Shown here piece after piece: positions 13,130 to 26,920 of a stretch of 64,000 nt of DNA (the first letter of the stretch is position 1; every line of letters begins with the position of its first letter). A model generated the notes under the pieces. It worked only from the letters and a program-made list of their open reading frames with translations. It was not told where the DNA came from and ran no database searches. The DNA is from Octopus bimaculoides (Eukaryota): contig NC_068981.1 of the NCBI RefSeq assembly GCF_001194135.2, positions 157,872,620 to 157,936,619 on the forward strand. Reading direction: 5' to 3'. Position numbers and translations under genes: made by a program.

Positions 13130-14155
13130 CCATCTTTTGCAAAAGGAGCTTTCAAGTGAAGTTTGTATATTTAGTAAAGGTTTTATGGCGAAAAACAACT
13201 AAGAGAAACTTGATATTTTAATCAAAACCCTTCAATACCTTTCAGGTATGCGTCGTTTTCTGCAGATATTTGGACGGCATCTTCATCCCCACATCTTCCC
13301 GTGAAGAGGCCAATACAATATTTAAGAAATCTAACATCATGAACGAACACGCATATGCTTTACTATTGGACGCTCTAACTACACAGGATCCCTCCCATTT
13401 CTTCACTTCTAACAGAAGGAGGTGAATTTCAACTGAAAAGCGGTCAACAGAAACGTCTTCGAGTACTTCATCTTGACTCTCTTTGTCAGTGTCAAAACTG
13501 GATATATGCGCAAGGAAATCACTTGTATACAAGACAAGTGCAGTAATACTAGGAACCGGATCGCCGATACCACCGAATATCTCAGGATATTTAGAATCAA
13601 TGGGTACCTGGTCTCTCTCATCAATCAGCTCCAGCACCCTAACCCACGAAAACAAAGCAAATACAATAAATCCACCAACTCATACCTCCTAAAAATGTCA
13701 CATTTCATTAAAAGCCCAACTACTACTATCAGAAGGCTATAAACAGCAAATGACTCGACATACACGTACCTTATTCGTGACCGCTCTTTCTACTAAATCA
13801 GGCTCACAGAGCAGTATCCATGCACACTAACAAATTACCCTATTTGGCACATGAACAAGTGCCAAATACAGGTGTAGTGTACCAACTAAGTGTGCCAAAT
13901 GCAGTGATTATTACATTTGCCAGACAATTCCACACCTACCTCCGTGCCTCTTCCATACGGAAACAAGTCTCAAAATATGGAAGCACCAACAATGACATCT
14001 TTACTATCATCCTTGTCAAAGAACGGAATGTCGGCAATGTGCGGTTCAAAAAGCTATCCTCATGCGAATACTCAAGTCAAAATTCATGGACGTATGGATT
14101 ATAGAATCCGTGGATTATCACTGCGGTTACCATGGTTGCCACTATTACTTTCATA
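13130..14155 (+). pseudogene. Penelope-like element: degraded RT + GIY-YIG endonuclease
   Basis: Plus-strand frames give VFCRYLDGIFIPTSSREEANTIFKK (RT [Y]xDD region), KTGYMRKEITCIQDKCS...INGY (PLE thumb), and NTGVVYQL...KQVSKYG...KERNVGN (GIY-YIG-like). Multiple frameshifts. Confidence 0.78.
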
Positions 14156-14159
14156 GCTA

Positions 14160-14470
14160 CTTCTGGTAGTACTTTTTAAATACTAATACCATTGCTACCA
14201 CTAACACTACTACAACTCCCACCACTGACAATCCCACCGCTACTACTACCGCTACCAACGCTGTCGTTACTACTGGGACGTCTGATGTGATTTGTAGAAT
14301 CAAAATTACCTGTCATTGCCATAGTCATCACTAACACTGATACTGCTTCTGTCACTATAACTACCATAACTATAATGCTGTTCCTGCTAGCACTTTGGCA
14401 TCTTTCCCTCTCCGCCTTCCACTACTACATCTACCATTCCAACTTCAACGCTACCGCTGATACTTCCGTA
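14160..14470. repeat. Degenerate (ACT/ACC)n low-complexity tract
   Basis: Read directly. Confidence 0.8.
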
Positions 14471-15195
14471 AGACAACATATGGTGATCTCTAATTAATTC
14501 GTTAACTGTTTTACTCTATTAGATAAGTGATTCGTCCAAAAACAAAGAATTAAGAAATTGTAAATTCTCTCTTCGCTTTGTAAGAAGATCTCCGTATTAT
14601 CTATTTATTGTTTTCTCCAAATGTAAACGCATAATCTTATACAGATTGTAGAACACAAACGTACAGTCATTTCAACAACCATTCACATAGAGATTAAAAT
14701 ACTGTTATTTAGACCTCTACACGTTAGTACACAGCCTTTTATACATACATATAGTAAGAAAATAATCATTTAGACAAGCACACTAGCCCCACATGAGATT
14801 AGATAGATATGCATACACTCATTCATACTCATACACATACACACATGGTCTTGATACACAGATACAGACACACACATATACACACTGATACAGACAACTC
14901 AGAACTTACAAGGAAGAGTAAGCAGATAACTTTCCCTCTAACAATTGCCATGCAGTCTTAAAGAGACATCGGTCTAATGTAATCTCTGCTATGCAATACT
15001 ACCAGACGCTCATGGCTGGAACGTCTTTTGTCATAACTCTGCTCGATCAAGGCTAGCTCGGGGCTTAACAACAGCTCACTAACGATATACTATACTAAAA
15101 ACGCTTGCACACAAACGGAAAGACACATAAATACATAAATTCACATAGGCATGCATGCTAACAAAATGTCTTCTATACATACATACATACATACA

Positions 15196-15227
<32 letters not shown>

Positions 15228-15236
15228 CAATGAGCA

Positions 15237-15425
15237 CTCCGTCGGTTACGACGACAAGGGTCCCAGCTGATACGATCATCGGAACAGCTTGCTCGTGAAA
15301 TTAACGCGCAAGTGGCTGAGTACTCCACAGACACGTGTACCCTTAACCCTGGGTGATTCAACGTGACATAGAGTGTGGCAAAGCTGGCCATTTGAAATAC
15401 AGGTACTACTCATTTTTGCCAGTTG
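15237..15425 (-). mobile_element. 3' part of a further SINE family (truncated by gap), with (ATGT)n tail
   Basis: CTCCGTCGGTTACGACGAC...GCTCGTGAAATTAACG.GCAAGTGGCTGAG, recognised from memory as a common octopod interspersed repeat; abuts (CATA)n. Confidence 0.5.
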
Positions 15426-15734
15426 NNNNNNNNNNNNNNNNNNNNNNNNNNNNNNNNNNNNNNNNNNNNNNNNNNNNNNNNNNNNNNNNNNNNNNNNNNN
15501 NNNNNNNNNNNNNNNNNNNNNNNNNNNNNNNNNNNNNNNNNNNNNNNNNNNNNNNNNNNNNNNNNNNNNNNNNNNNNNNNNNNNNNNNNNNNNNNNNNNN
15601 NNNNNNNNNNNNNNNNNNNNNNNNNNNNNNNNNNNNNNNNNNNNNNNNNNNNNNNNNNNNNNNNNNNNNNNNNNNNNNNNNNNNNNNNNNNNNNNNNNNN
15701 NNNNNNNNNNNNNNNNNNNNNNNNNNNNNNNNNN

Positions 15735-15788
<54 letters not shown>

Positions 15789-16829
15789 TCACACACACAG
15801 ATGTAATCAGAAACACCCAAATAGAGATTTATGTATACACACTACTCATACATTAAATATAATCAGTAATGTATCTCAACTAGGACTAATAGACGTCTTT
15901 AATATATAAACACATAGATAAAATAAATACGCAATACTATAAATTGTATATATACATTACACATACATTAAAACGTTGTTTAACTTGCATATGTGTATGT
16001 TAAGGGAGATAGATAGATAGATTGATAGATAAATAGATGTACGTATGTATGCGTTTTCAGAAATAATTATGTTAAACACTTAGTATAGTCAAATGTGTAG
16101 TAATTGAAGCACTATGCAGCTGAAATTCTTTGCATTAATATAAATAATTTGAATTCCATGACGTTTCGCTGATTTTCGATACAACATAATTTTACTGTCG
16201 CTAATTCTTGTAATCGGGATAAATTAAGAGTTTCTTGTATTTCCGTTCAGCAGATGACATCTTTGACTTTCTGCAAAAGCAGCAACTTTAAAGAAATACG
16301 ATCGTGTTTCTCCTGATAAAAGATATGCTTTATAATCATATATAGATATACATATATACAAACATATATTTGTGTATGAGGGTCAAAGAACATATACGTA
16401 GACTATTGATTAGTCTATAGGGCTTACAATTATAAGGTTGTATATTCGATTCGTAGACCGGGTGATGTGTTGAGTCGTTGAGTAAATGCAATTCATTTCA
16501 TGATACTGCATTATACACTGTTAAAATGAGCATCAACCTTGCTGTTGTAGAACGCTTTCTCATGCTCACTGTCATATCCCAGATAGTTTGCGGAGTCAAA
16601 GCGTACGAGTGCCGAGAGGCTACCTATATTTGCTTACGACTGACTACACAGACACCTATGACAGTTACAGAAAAATCGTACACGCCTGCAAGTGACGATT
16701 ATGCGATACATAAATACATACACACACACACACATATGTCGAGCTAAATTTGACGATTTTTTGTTTTCTTTTCTTCCTTCTGGAACAGCTTGATGTATTG
16801 GTAAACACTGAAGGGCGGTGGAGGGCATA

Positions 16830-17480
16830 AAGATTAAAATTGTAGTTGTGAAAAGTTAGTTGAGATGGAGGAATGGAAGCTATTTGAATATTGAGAAAGA
16901 GTTACAAGAATCTGGATGATTCGCGCCTGGTATCAAAATGCCAGCATTATGACTGTTGTTCAGTATTCTGTTAACACTATAGAGGTTGTAAGACATGATA
17001 TGGACAGCTGCAATGGCGACTAATAAACTGTGCGAAGTAGGAAGGGATGCAACAGGTGTCTAACTGCGTCTGCACGCCGGAATACATCCAACAACTGATG
17101 AACAGAGCCTTAGGCTTAATTCAGATTGTTATGTGAAGCCGCTGGAGACTGTAGAGAGTTGCTGTTGTAAGGCCATATGTGAAGCAACATGGTCAGGTTT
17201 GTTGCCAATCTTCAGCAAGAGTCAGAAGTGACGGTCAGAGAATTTCTACGACTTCACCAGCCCCAATTTCTGACCTCCTAATCTCCCCATTTGTAATCCC
17301 ATGGATTATTATGTGTGCTGTTACAGTTGAGAAAGACACCAACTGTTCTGTCTGCATCACCAAGGTCGAGCTGGTGGCCAAGATCAAAAAGATTGAGGAA
17401 ATTGTTACTTCCCAGCCATAATCTACTTGATAATTTTTGATTTTTTAAATACCTTTAATTTTGGTTGTAATATTGTTTTT
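16830..17480 (+). mobile_element. DD37D (maT) transposon family 2, deletion derivative
   Basis: Colinear with 59480-60223; remnants of ENFYDFTSPNF.PPNLPICNPMDYYV and TKVELVAKIK. Confidence 0.75.
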
Positions 17481-17874
17481 GTTTTTTTTTCTGTTTCATG
17501 TAAACTGTCAAATTCATCCCCCACATCCTGTATATATGCATACATACTTGAGGGTATCAAACAGGGAGTGAGAGTAGTCAGAAGAACCACAATTGAATGT
17601 TGAAATTTCTTTACCTGTGGATTAATAATGCTACTAAAGCTTTCATGCGGAAGGAATTTCCACAATGTTCAAGCGATCCACTTACAAATGTAGATAATCG
17701 CCTCCATTTTGGATGGAAACGATTACCAACATTTTAAACCCAATCGCTTGGAATCGTTCCGTATTAAATCAATGGTAATATTGTAGATTCGCAGAGTATA
17801 TATGAAATATTTGAGTGTGTGTGTGTGTATGTGTGCGTATGCATGTATGTATCTGTGTGTGTGTACATACATAC

Positions 17875-17905
<31 letters not shown>

Positions 17906-18209
17906 CATACATACATACATACATACATAATGCGTGCATACATACTTACCGATAATCTTGGCTAAATTCCTACCTGAAAAGTCAGTTACGAAAGAACACT
18001 AACATTGCAAAGTGATTCATAGTGTATCTTGGAGATTTTAGTATATTATATTTTATACAATATAAGTGTGTATGTGTATATTTATACAAATACATACATA
18101 CATGCATATGTGTGTGTATGTATGTGTGTGTGTGTGTATGTGTGTGTGTGTGCGTGCGTGCATGTGTGCGTGTGTGTATATAAGGATATTATTGCTTACA
18201 ATAATATCC

Positions 18210-19055
18210 TTACAATAATATCAAGTGGCATAGCATGCGTAAAAAAAATATCAGGAGGTAAAAAATTATTAATTAATAATTAAGGGTTCTACAGGTAGCA
18301 CCAGCACACTAAAAATAGCAGTCAGAATATAGGTACAACCACAAATCTTCACCGATACACACTATTTGAAGTCGGGGGAATAAGCAAAAATTCGAAGCCC
18401 GCATACCAATAGCAAAAAGAATAGTAAATTGAAAAGCCAGACATACCCGTATCATCACGATTTCGAACTTTGTAGAAGTGCAACTTAGTTCTCATCAGCG
18501 AGTCTCACTGACCCAAAGGTCATAGAACTTGCCCATCTCAAAAAATGTGCGCAATGACCGTTTTTAATGCTGCGGGAAATATAAAAAGGTGATCAGAGTG
18601 AATAATAAATTATAAAAATGTATATAAGAATATGATTATTTACAATAATATCAAATGGTATAGCAAGCGTAAAAATTACCATGAAGTAAAAAAATTATTA
18701 ATTAAATATTTAAGGTTACTACAAGTAGCACCGGTACGCTAAAAATAGCAGCCAGAAGACAACTACAACCACAAATTTTTACTGATTCTCATTAATTGAA
18801 GTGGAGAATATGAGGAAAAATTCTAAGCCCCCGTACAAATAACGAAAAGAATTGTAAATTCAAAGCCAGACATACCCGTAGCGTCACGATTTCGAACTTT
18901 GTGAAAGTGCCACTGAGGTCTGTTATTGGTACGGGGGTTTAAAATTTTTGCTCATTTCCCCGACTTCAATTAATGTGTATCAGTGAAAATTTGTGGTTGT
19001 AGATGTCTTCTGACTGTCATTTTTAGCATGCCGGTGCTACCTTTAGTTCCCTTAA
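18210..19055 (-). mobile_element. Non-coding hammerhead-bearing repeat: ~430 bp unit, partial second unit, inverted arm
   Basis: 18210-18480 is repeated at 18640-18915 (roughly 80% identity by eye). 18918-19055 is the reverse complement of part of the unit. An HHR lies at 18446-18502 on the minus strand. Confidence 0.8.
18446..18502 (-). ncRNA. Minimal type I hammerhead ribozyme
   Basis: Minus strand: CTCG - CTGATGA - GAACT...AGTTC (stem II) - GAAA - TCG tga TGAT (stem III) - A - CGGG (stem I', one G:U). Core intact; cleavage triplet AUA. Confidence 0.72.
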
Positions 19056-19102
19056 CTATTAATATGTGTGTGTCTATATATGTTTTCAGACATTAGCCTC
19101 CT

Positions 19103-19144
<42 letters not shown>

Positions 19145-19752
19145 GNNNNNNNNNNNNNNNNNNNNNNNNNNNNNNNNNNNNNNNNNNNNNNNNNNNNNNN
19201 NNNNNNNNNNNNNNNNNNNNNNNNNNNNNNNNNNNNNNNNNNNNNNNNNNNNNNNNNNNNNNNNNNNNNNNNNNNNNNNNNNNNNNNNNNNNNNNNNNNN
19301 NNNNNNNNNNNNNNNNNNNNNNNNNNNNNNNNNNNNNNNNNNNNNNNNNNNNNNNNNNNNNNNNNNNNNNNNNNNNNNNNNNNNNNNNNNNNNNNNNNNN
19401 NNNNNNNNNNNNNNNNNNNNNNNNNNNNNNNNNNNNNNNNNNNNNNNNNNNNNNNNNNNNNNNNNNNNNNNNNNNNNNNNNNNNNNNNNNNNNNNNNNNN
19501 NNNNNNNNNNNNNNNNNNNNNNNNNNNNNNNNNNNNNNNNNNNNNNNNNNNNNNNNNNNNNNNNNNNNNNNNNNNNNNNNNNNNNNNNNNNNNNNNNNNN
19601 NNNNNNNNNNNNNNNNNNNNNNNNNNNNNNNNNNNNNNNNNNNNNNNNNNNNNNNNNNNNNNNNNNNNNNNNNNNNNNNNNNNNNNNNNNNNNNNNNNNN
19701 NNNNNNNNNNNNNNNNNNNNNNNNNNNNNNNNNNNNNNNNNNNNNNNNNNNN

Positions 19753-19990
19753 GGTTATGCTCAAGATGGCTCCGTCGTTCACACGTGCCATCCTTGCTAC
19801 ATTCACCCATCTTTTTTTGAAGCATTCACTAGACAAGACTTCCCTTTCTACTCTCAACTTCCTCTTCAGGTGATACTTGAAGAAGTTGATGAGAGATTGC
19901 CCAGAGAGGAAAGTCTTTGTCTCTAGACCTTTCAGACGCGTCCACCATACACATTCTTTCGCCATAGCCACAAGTACGATGAAAATAGCT
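19753..19990 (-). pseudogene. Probable L1/Tx1-clade LINE ORF2 C-terminus
   Basis: Open frame REGRAIFIVLVAMAKECVWWTRLKGL...FFKYHLKRKLRVERE...FKKRWV resembles Tx1-type ORF2 C-termini; cut by a gap. Confidence 0.55.
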
Positions 19991-20523
19991 CTTCCTTCCC
20001 GTTTTAGATAGATAGATAGAGAGAGAGATAGATAGATAGATAGACCTGTCAAATTAAGCATTCACAAAGTTTCGCATGCACAGAAATTACGTCTGTGATC
20101 CTTCTAATGTATTTTATGAATGGAGTTGGAAAGCCGTTCTTTATTGGCCTTTAGTAAAATCTACTCACACAATTGAAAATGCGGCAAGTCTGGAAAACTA
20201 AAATGTTAAACAGACGACCCGGTTAAGGTGTATGTAGATGCATAAATCAGAGAAACCACTCCACGTCTTTCATAACCAAGAATTTCTCGAATTTGTATTA
20301 TTTGCTTCTGTATGTACACTCGGCTGAAAATTATCCATTCATGACACGCATCTAAAAGATCACAATGATCACATACATTCTTTACATGTAGTGAATCATT
20401 ACATGATTAGCTACAAACATGCTATAAGGTCTACCATATTTATAACTTGCGTTTTCTTCTACCGTTCATTCACATGAATATATCTGTGCTTGTGAGTGTG
20501 TGCGTGTGCATGTGTGTATGTGT

Positions 20524-20627
<104 letters not shown>

Positions 20628-20652
20628 ACTCACATAAACAGTCAGACAGATG

Positions 20653-20683
<31 letters not shown>

Positions 20684-21361
20684 AAAATGAATGAAGGAAT
20701 GAATGGATAGATGAAAGTATAATGTGTATATGTATATGTGTATGTATATAACACTACAGCTGTTACTAGTACTACCAGACTTGTGAGATGCATAGATTTG
20801 TGGGGGGTGGGGGAATAAACAATGAATGGCGTGAGAGTTTGGAAAACAGAGAAAAATACTCTGTTAAATATTTTACGTGAAAAGCAACTGGTAAGGTTGG
20901 CACTAACACAACGTAGGAAAACAAAAAAGTTAGGAATAATTAAAATTATACTAAAAGAGCCTATTTGGTTTCAACCATTATGACTTCTGGTTACGCTTGT
21001 AGAACATTTTTATATACTTTTTTTATTTATTTTTATTCAGTACTTGTATTTTGAGTCATCCTACTGAAGGAGAATGTGAGACAGAGAGAGAGACATATCT
21101 ATGTGGTGTTTAAAACTTTCAGCTGGGGTCTATTTTACATTTTTGATTCCTATAGGTAAAGTCATAAAACAGGGATTCACGAAAGGTGAAGCTATTGTGC
21201 AATAGTAATTCTATTTGACTGTCAGCTGACGGGAGCTTTGGCAGTTAACGCTATCTTTCCGTTATCTTTTTTATCCGATGATATATTACGAAGTTTGGTA
21301 CTTTATCCTCAAGAATCTTACAGTTGTAGATGACTTGCACTTTCTCTCTTTCCTTTTCTCC

Positions 21362-21440
<79 letters not shown>

Positions 21441-21816
21441 CAGATTCTTATGAGCAAAGCCTCGGGATTAAATGACGCCACTTTGATTGAAGCATTTCTG
21501 TAGTCTTTCTGGCAAATATATTTTTACTGAGGCTGAACAATTTTGAGTTGTAATCTATACTGCCATTAGTGAATGTTTGCTATGATGGCAACTATACCGT
21601 TGGGTCTTTAACTGAAAATAGGCAAACACAAATCACCTTTCTCTGAATTCTTAAAGCCTGTGACTTATGTGGACACAACACCGGTTAACTCTCTTACTCC
21701 TCCTATACAAATACTCTTCTGAACAACTACTACCTTTCGGAGTCGGTAGAATATATTCCGCCCAAGTACTGGAACAGATTTAATCGACTAACTGCTGGGC
21801 CTGTATATAAATTAGA

Positions 21817-21859
<43 letters not shown>

Positions 21860-21861
<2 letters not shown>

Positions 21862-21985
21862 CGCTGGAATACTCCGGATGGTGCTCGCAAAATAAGGGGT
21901 ATTACCTTAGTTCACTGGCAGTGAATAGCTGGCACCGTAGTACATCTCCAGCGTTAGAAGCTGTGCAAATACAATAAATAATAAT
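21860..21985 (+). mobile_element. Dong/R4-type LINE extreme 3' end
   Basis: Nearly identical to 27322-27435 (TARILR.VL.. + 3'UTR); flanked by (AAT)n on both sides. Confidence 0.7.
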
Positions 21986-21989
21986 AATA

Positions 21990-22185
21990 ATAATCTTTTC
22001 TACCGTAGGCACTAGGCCTGAAATTTTGGGGATAGGATTAAGTCGTTTACATCCACCCCAATTTATCGACCCCGAAAGGATGAAAGGCAAAGTCTATTTC
22101 GGCGAAATTTGAACTCAGAACGTGGCAACGGCAAAATACCGTTAAGCATTTTGTCCGGCGTGCTAACGATTCTGCCAATTCACAA
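21990..22185 (-). mobile_element. tRNA-derived SINE family B
   Basis: Reverse complement of TGGCAGAATCGTTAGCACG...GAGTTCAAATT...CCTTTCATCCTTTCGGGGTCGATAAA...GTAGAAAAGATTATT. Confidence 0.85.
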
Positions 22186-22196
22186 TAATAATAATA

Positions 22197-23935
22197 ATAC
22201 TATGCCCTGGCGCAGTATATGCTCTGATGCCGTATATGCCCTGATGCAGTACCACGCAGTACCATGGCTTCTGATCTTAATTGATTAGAAGTGTTATCAT
22301 GTACATTGTTTTGTCTTGGAATAAAAGATGAGTTAGAGCAAATACTCTGCCCAATACCACAGATTTGCTTGTCAGTTGTTTGACCTTAACCAGTTGAGCA
22401 TGTCCCTTGGTGTCTGACGATATGTGCATCAATGATCACGAGCAGATGTTGTGGGGGTGTATCATAGCCATGCGTTGAGAGGAATTCTTTGGGTTTTGAA
22501 TAATTCACCTCTGGAAACGTAGGTGTTTCTTTCATCATTCTTAAAGAAACCTTATTCAGGGACTTTTTGAGCGAGGTTGGGCTACTCTACCAAATGAAAA
22601 TTGTGACTGGGCCCCACCCCCAAGATCATGCACTGTTTATTTTGATATGAGATCACCATGTCGCGCACATATGGTTGTGATGCATGTATCTGGTGTACCC
22701 TTATCAGACGGGTAGTCATGATAGGTATATTCGGCTTTATATAATTGTACCCAGTGTCACTTTGACGGCATGAGCTGTTTGGCCTAGACACCTACCTGAA
22801 AAAATCTGAGGATTGAATGTTAAAACTTGTCTCAAAACATGAAAACAAGAAAGCATCATACTCAGTAACAAATCAGGCAAAGGAGTATATAAGTGAATTC
22901 CGAATACAACAAATTTCAGAATTAAACGTACTAGAAACAAGCGCAGAAAAAGCTAAGTGCATGAAAACCCGTGCTAAAAATGCTGCCTTAGATATTCCGA
23001 CTAAGAAATGGCAAGAAAAACCTTTCAATAGCAAATACCCAAAGAGAGCGAATAATGCCGATGTTGACAAAGCCCTTACCCATCAATGGGTAAAATCAGA
23101 AACAGAAGGGTTTATCATAGCAGCCCAAGATCAATGCCTACCTACAAGGAACTACCAGGCCAACATATTAAAGAACGGCAGCTCCCCAATATGTCGTGTA
23201 TGTCAACAACAAAATGAAACCATTTATCATGTTGTCTCCATGTGCAGTTTTCTTGCGCCTAGAGAGTATCTCAACAGGTATGATAGAGCTGTACAATATA
23301 TTCACTGGATAATTTTCAAAAAACCTGGACTTGCCCCATGATAAAAACTGGTGGGAACACAAATTACCCCCAGTGCTTGAAAATGATCACATCTCACTCC
23401 TCTGGAACTTCACTATTCAAACTGACAGAAAGATAGATGCAAATAGGCCAGACATCATATTGAAAGACTTCAAACAAAAATAATGCCTCCTCATTGATAT
23501 GACTGTCTCAATCGATATAAACGTATCTGTCAAGACCTACCAAAAACTGAGCACATATAAAGATCTTGAAAGAGAAATTAGCAAAATGTGGATCATGAAG
23601 ACTAAAACAATACCTGCTGTCATAGCTGCACTAGGAATGAGAGCAAAAGGTGCTGATTGCTACCTAGCTCAGATACCAGGAAATCCAAAAATGGCAGAAA
23701 TTCAAAGGTACTGCTCGTGGTATACGTAAAATACTTTCTATGTAATCTCAAATTTTAAAACAAACACATAATTTTCTTATGCTTTCTTAAACATTCTCTA
23801 GAACAACACAATATACAAAACCAAATATATGGCACCCTAGGCATAACACCAACATGAACTTCTAAATTGTTGTCTCTTGAGGTCTCTGGGTGAGCCTTGG
23901 AGCCAACTTGTACAAATGCAAAGCAAAAGTCAAAT
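22197..23935 (+). mobile_element. Dong/R4-clade non-LTR element (RLE type); non-coding 5' block joined to the Zn-knuckle/RLE 3' end
   Basis: ORF remnants 22817-23740: KSETEGFIIAAQDQCLPTRNY, CRVCQQQNETIYHVVSMC (CCHC), YLNRYDR, ANRPDIILKD, LIDMTVSID..KYKDL, IPAVIAALG. 3'UTR ends in (ATA)n at 23935-24005. Whether 22197-22790 belongs to the same insertion is inference. Confidence 0.85.
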
Positions 23936-23939
23936 ATAA

Positions 23940-24005
<66 letters not shown>

Positions 24006-24169
24006 TGTGTGTAATGTATGCATGCACGTGTGTCTGCTTGTGTGTGTGAGTGTGTGCTTGCGTGCATGTCCATGTGTGTGTGTGTGTGTGTGTGTGTGTC
24101 TATAAGCCTAGATATCCTTGCACGTGCTTCGTGAGAATTATTATATAGATGAACGCATGAATACATGCA

Positions 24170-24326
24170 TGTTCTTTTATTCTTTTACTTGTTTCAGTCG
24201 TTTGAGTGTGGCCATGCTGGAGCACCACCTTTAGTCGAGCAAATCGACCCCAGGACTTATTCTTTGTAAGCCTATAACTTATTCTATCGGTTCTTTTGCC
24301 GAACCAGTAATTTATGGGGGCGTGCA
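24170..24326 (-). mobile_element. SINE family A, 3' part
   Basis: Reverse complement of the family A tail (TTACTTGTTTCAGTC...GGCCATGCTGGAGCACC...TCGACCCCAGGACTTATTC). Confidence 0.8.
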
Positions 24327-25101
24327 NNNNNNNNNNACTTTATCTATAAGGCTCAATTTAATTTTTTATAAATTGATTTTAATTGAGTTTTTTACCTGTA
24401 ATTTTGGATTTTGTCCCTAATAATATTATTATATATATATATATATATATACATACATATACACTCACAGATACGACACAGCGGACATACATACAAATAC
24501 ACACATACACATACTCACACACAAACACACGCACGGGCATAGACATGCAACACAATCAGAGTTAATTCATAATTCAAGTCCCGTTTTTTATAAGAAATTT
24601 TTATATGAAATTCCTTTGAATTTCATATTCTTTTCTGATCTTTATCTTTCTTCTTTTATCCTCTTTCTCTTGTATCTCGGGAGGGTCATTATGCCACTAA
24701 AAAAAAACACATTTCACTTTCTTATTATTCGCTGATTGGTTAACACTTTCACCAATTAACAAATTTATTCTTAGATTAATTATTCAGATATATGTATTTG
24801 TCAAAGTCTTTTCTTTACCATTCGCGACCTCATGAATGACATTCTCTGCTCATTCTCTTTGCACGCCATATCATTTCCTCACTTGTCCATATCTCTCTTG
24901 TTCTCCTGCCAATATCACTCTGACACTAACTCTCCTTCTCCTACTCTCTTTGTCATATGTCTATTTTATTTTTTATCTTCATTCTCTTCAAATTCTTTCT
25001 GCTTCCCGTGTATATTTATTACTCACTGCACCTCTCTCTTTCCTTCTTTCCTTCCTTCGCCTTATTCACTCAGCCATATGCACACACTGATACACAAGAA
25101 T

Positions 25102-25210
<109 letters not shown>

Positions 25211-25807
25211 CATACACAGACACACTGACACACAGCTCATTATGCATATACATACATACATACTTACACACACACACACGCACGCACATACGCACGCACG
25301 CACACACACACACACACACGCACGCACATACACACGCACGCACACACACACACACACACATATATGCATAATATGTTATATATAGACAGAGAGGAAGAGA
25401 GAGTTGAGAACCATTGACACAATGTATAACTGTCATTCTTTCCCACATGATGTAACTCTCACAAGACAAAACACAGGAAGCCTATGAAAGGTTAGGGACC
25501 CCCACCTTACTCTGCACCGAGTGAGGTGACTTCTGCTGCTGTTGCTGCTACTGTTGCTGCTGTTGTTGTTGTTGTTGCTGTTGTTTTTATTACTCCTACC
25601 ACTACTATTACTCATAGGATGATGCAGAGAAAGGAGTAGATGCGGACGCCGATGACATTACTCGTTCCACCATCACCATCCTCCATTAGTAACAACTCCT
25701 CAACAAAGGAATTTTCACGTGGACACTTAACCTGTTAGAAATAGTAGCCACATTTCTTCCAGTCATACCCTAACAAAAGACAGTAAAGAAGTTTCGGAGA
25801 TAGCTAG

Positions 25808-25987
25808 CAGGCGTAGTAGTGACTGTGGTGGTAAGTAGCTTGCTTACGAACCACATGATTCCGGTTCAGTCCAACTGCGTGGCACCTTGGGCAAGTGTCT
25901 TCTACTATAGCCTCGGGCCGACCAAAGCCTTGTGAGTGGATTCGGTAGATGGAAACTGAAAGGAACCCGTCGTATATATGTATGTAT

Positions 25988-26054
<67 letters not shown>

Positions 26055-26285
26055 TGTATGTATGTATGTATGTATGTATGTGTGTGTGTTGCCCCCCAAC
26101 ATCCCTTGATAACCGATGCTGGTGCGTTTACGTCCCCGTAACTTAGCGGTTCGGCAAAATACACCGATACAATAAGTACTAGGCTTACAAAGACTAAGTC
26201 CTGGTGTCGATTTGTTCGACTAAAGGCAGTGCTCCAGCATGGCCACAGTCAAATGACTGAAACAAGTAACAGAGTAAAAGAGTAA
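25808..26285 (+). mobile_element. SINE family A with expanded internal (CA)/(TA)/(TATG) microsatellite
   Basis: Colinear with 9541-9960. Confidence 0.9.
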
Positions 26286-26584
26286 TCGACAGCAGAAAAT
26301 TGACAAATATCAGGACGTAGCCAGCGCGATAGAGATTGTAGAAGGTGGAGATGACAATTGTTCCTGTTGTTATTGTTGTAGCTGGCACAGCACCTAAGCT
26401 GATACCTATGAGGCTAAAGGCTCTTAGAATTGAGATACGGACTGTCGACCAGCATTCTATAAAAGTCCAATGAAAAACTTCTTGAGATTTAAGATTGTTA
26501 CCAAAATTAAAAGCATCATCTCTACTAAATAACGTTAAGCATTTTGCCCGGAATGCGAACGATTCTACCAGCTCACCGCTTTAG

Positions 26585-26919
<335 letters not shown>

Positions 26920-26920
<1 letters not shown>

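Noticed and set aside
13242-13655. 137-aa minus-strand ORF that looks like a normal protein
   Set aside because: It is the antisense shadow of the plus-strand PLE reverse transcriptase.
16478-16750. Open frames on both strands (e.g. LVRFDSANYLGYDSEHEKAFYNSKVD on minus)
   Set aside because: No recognisable motif; bounded by stops without consistent splice sites.
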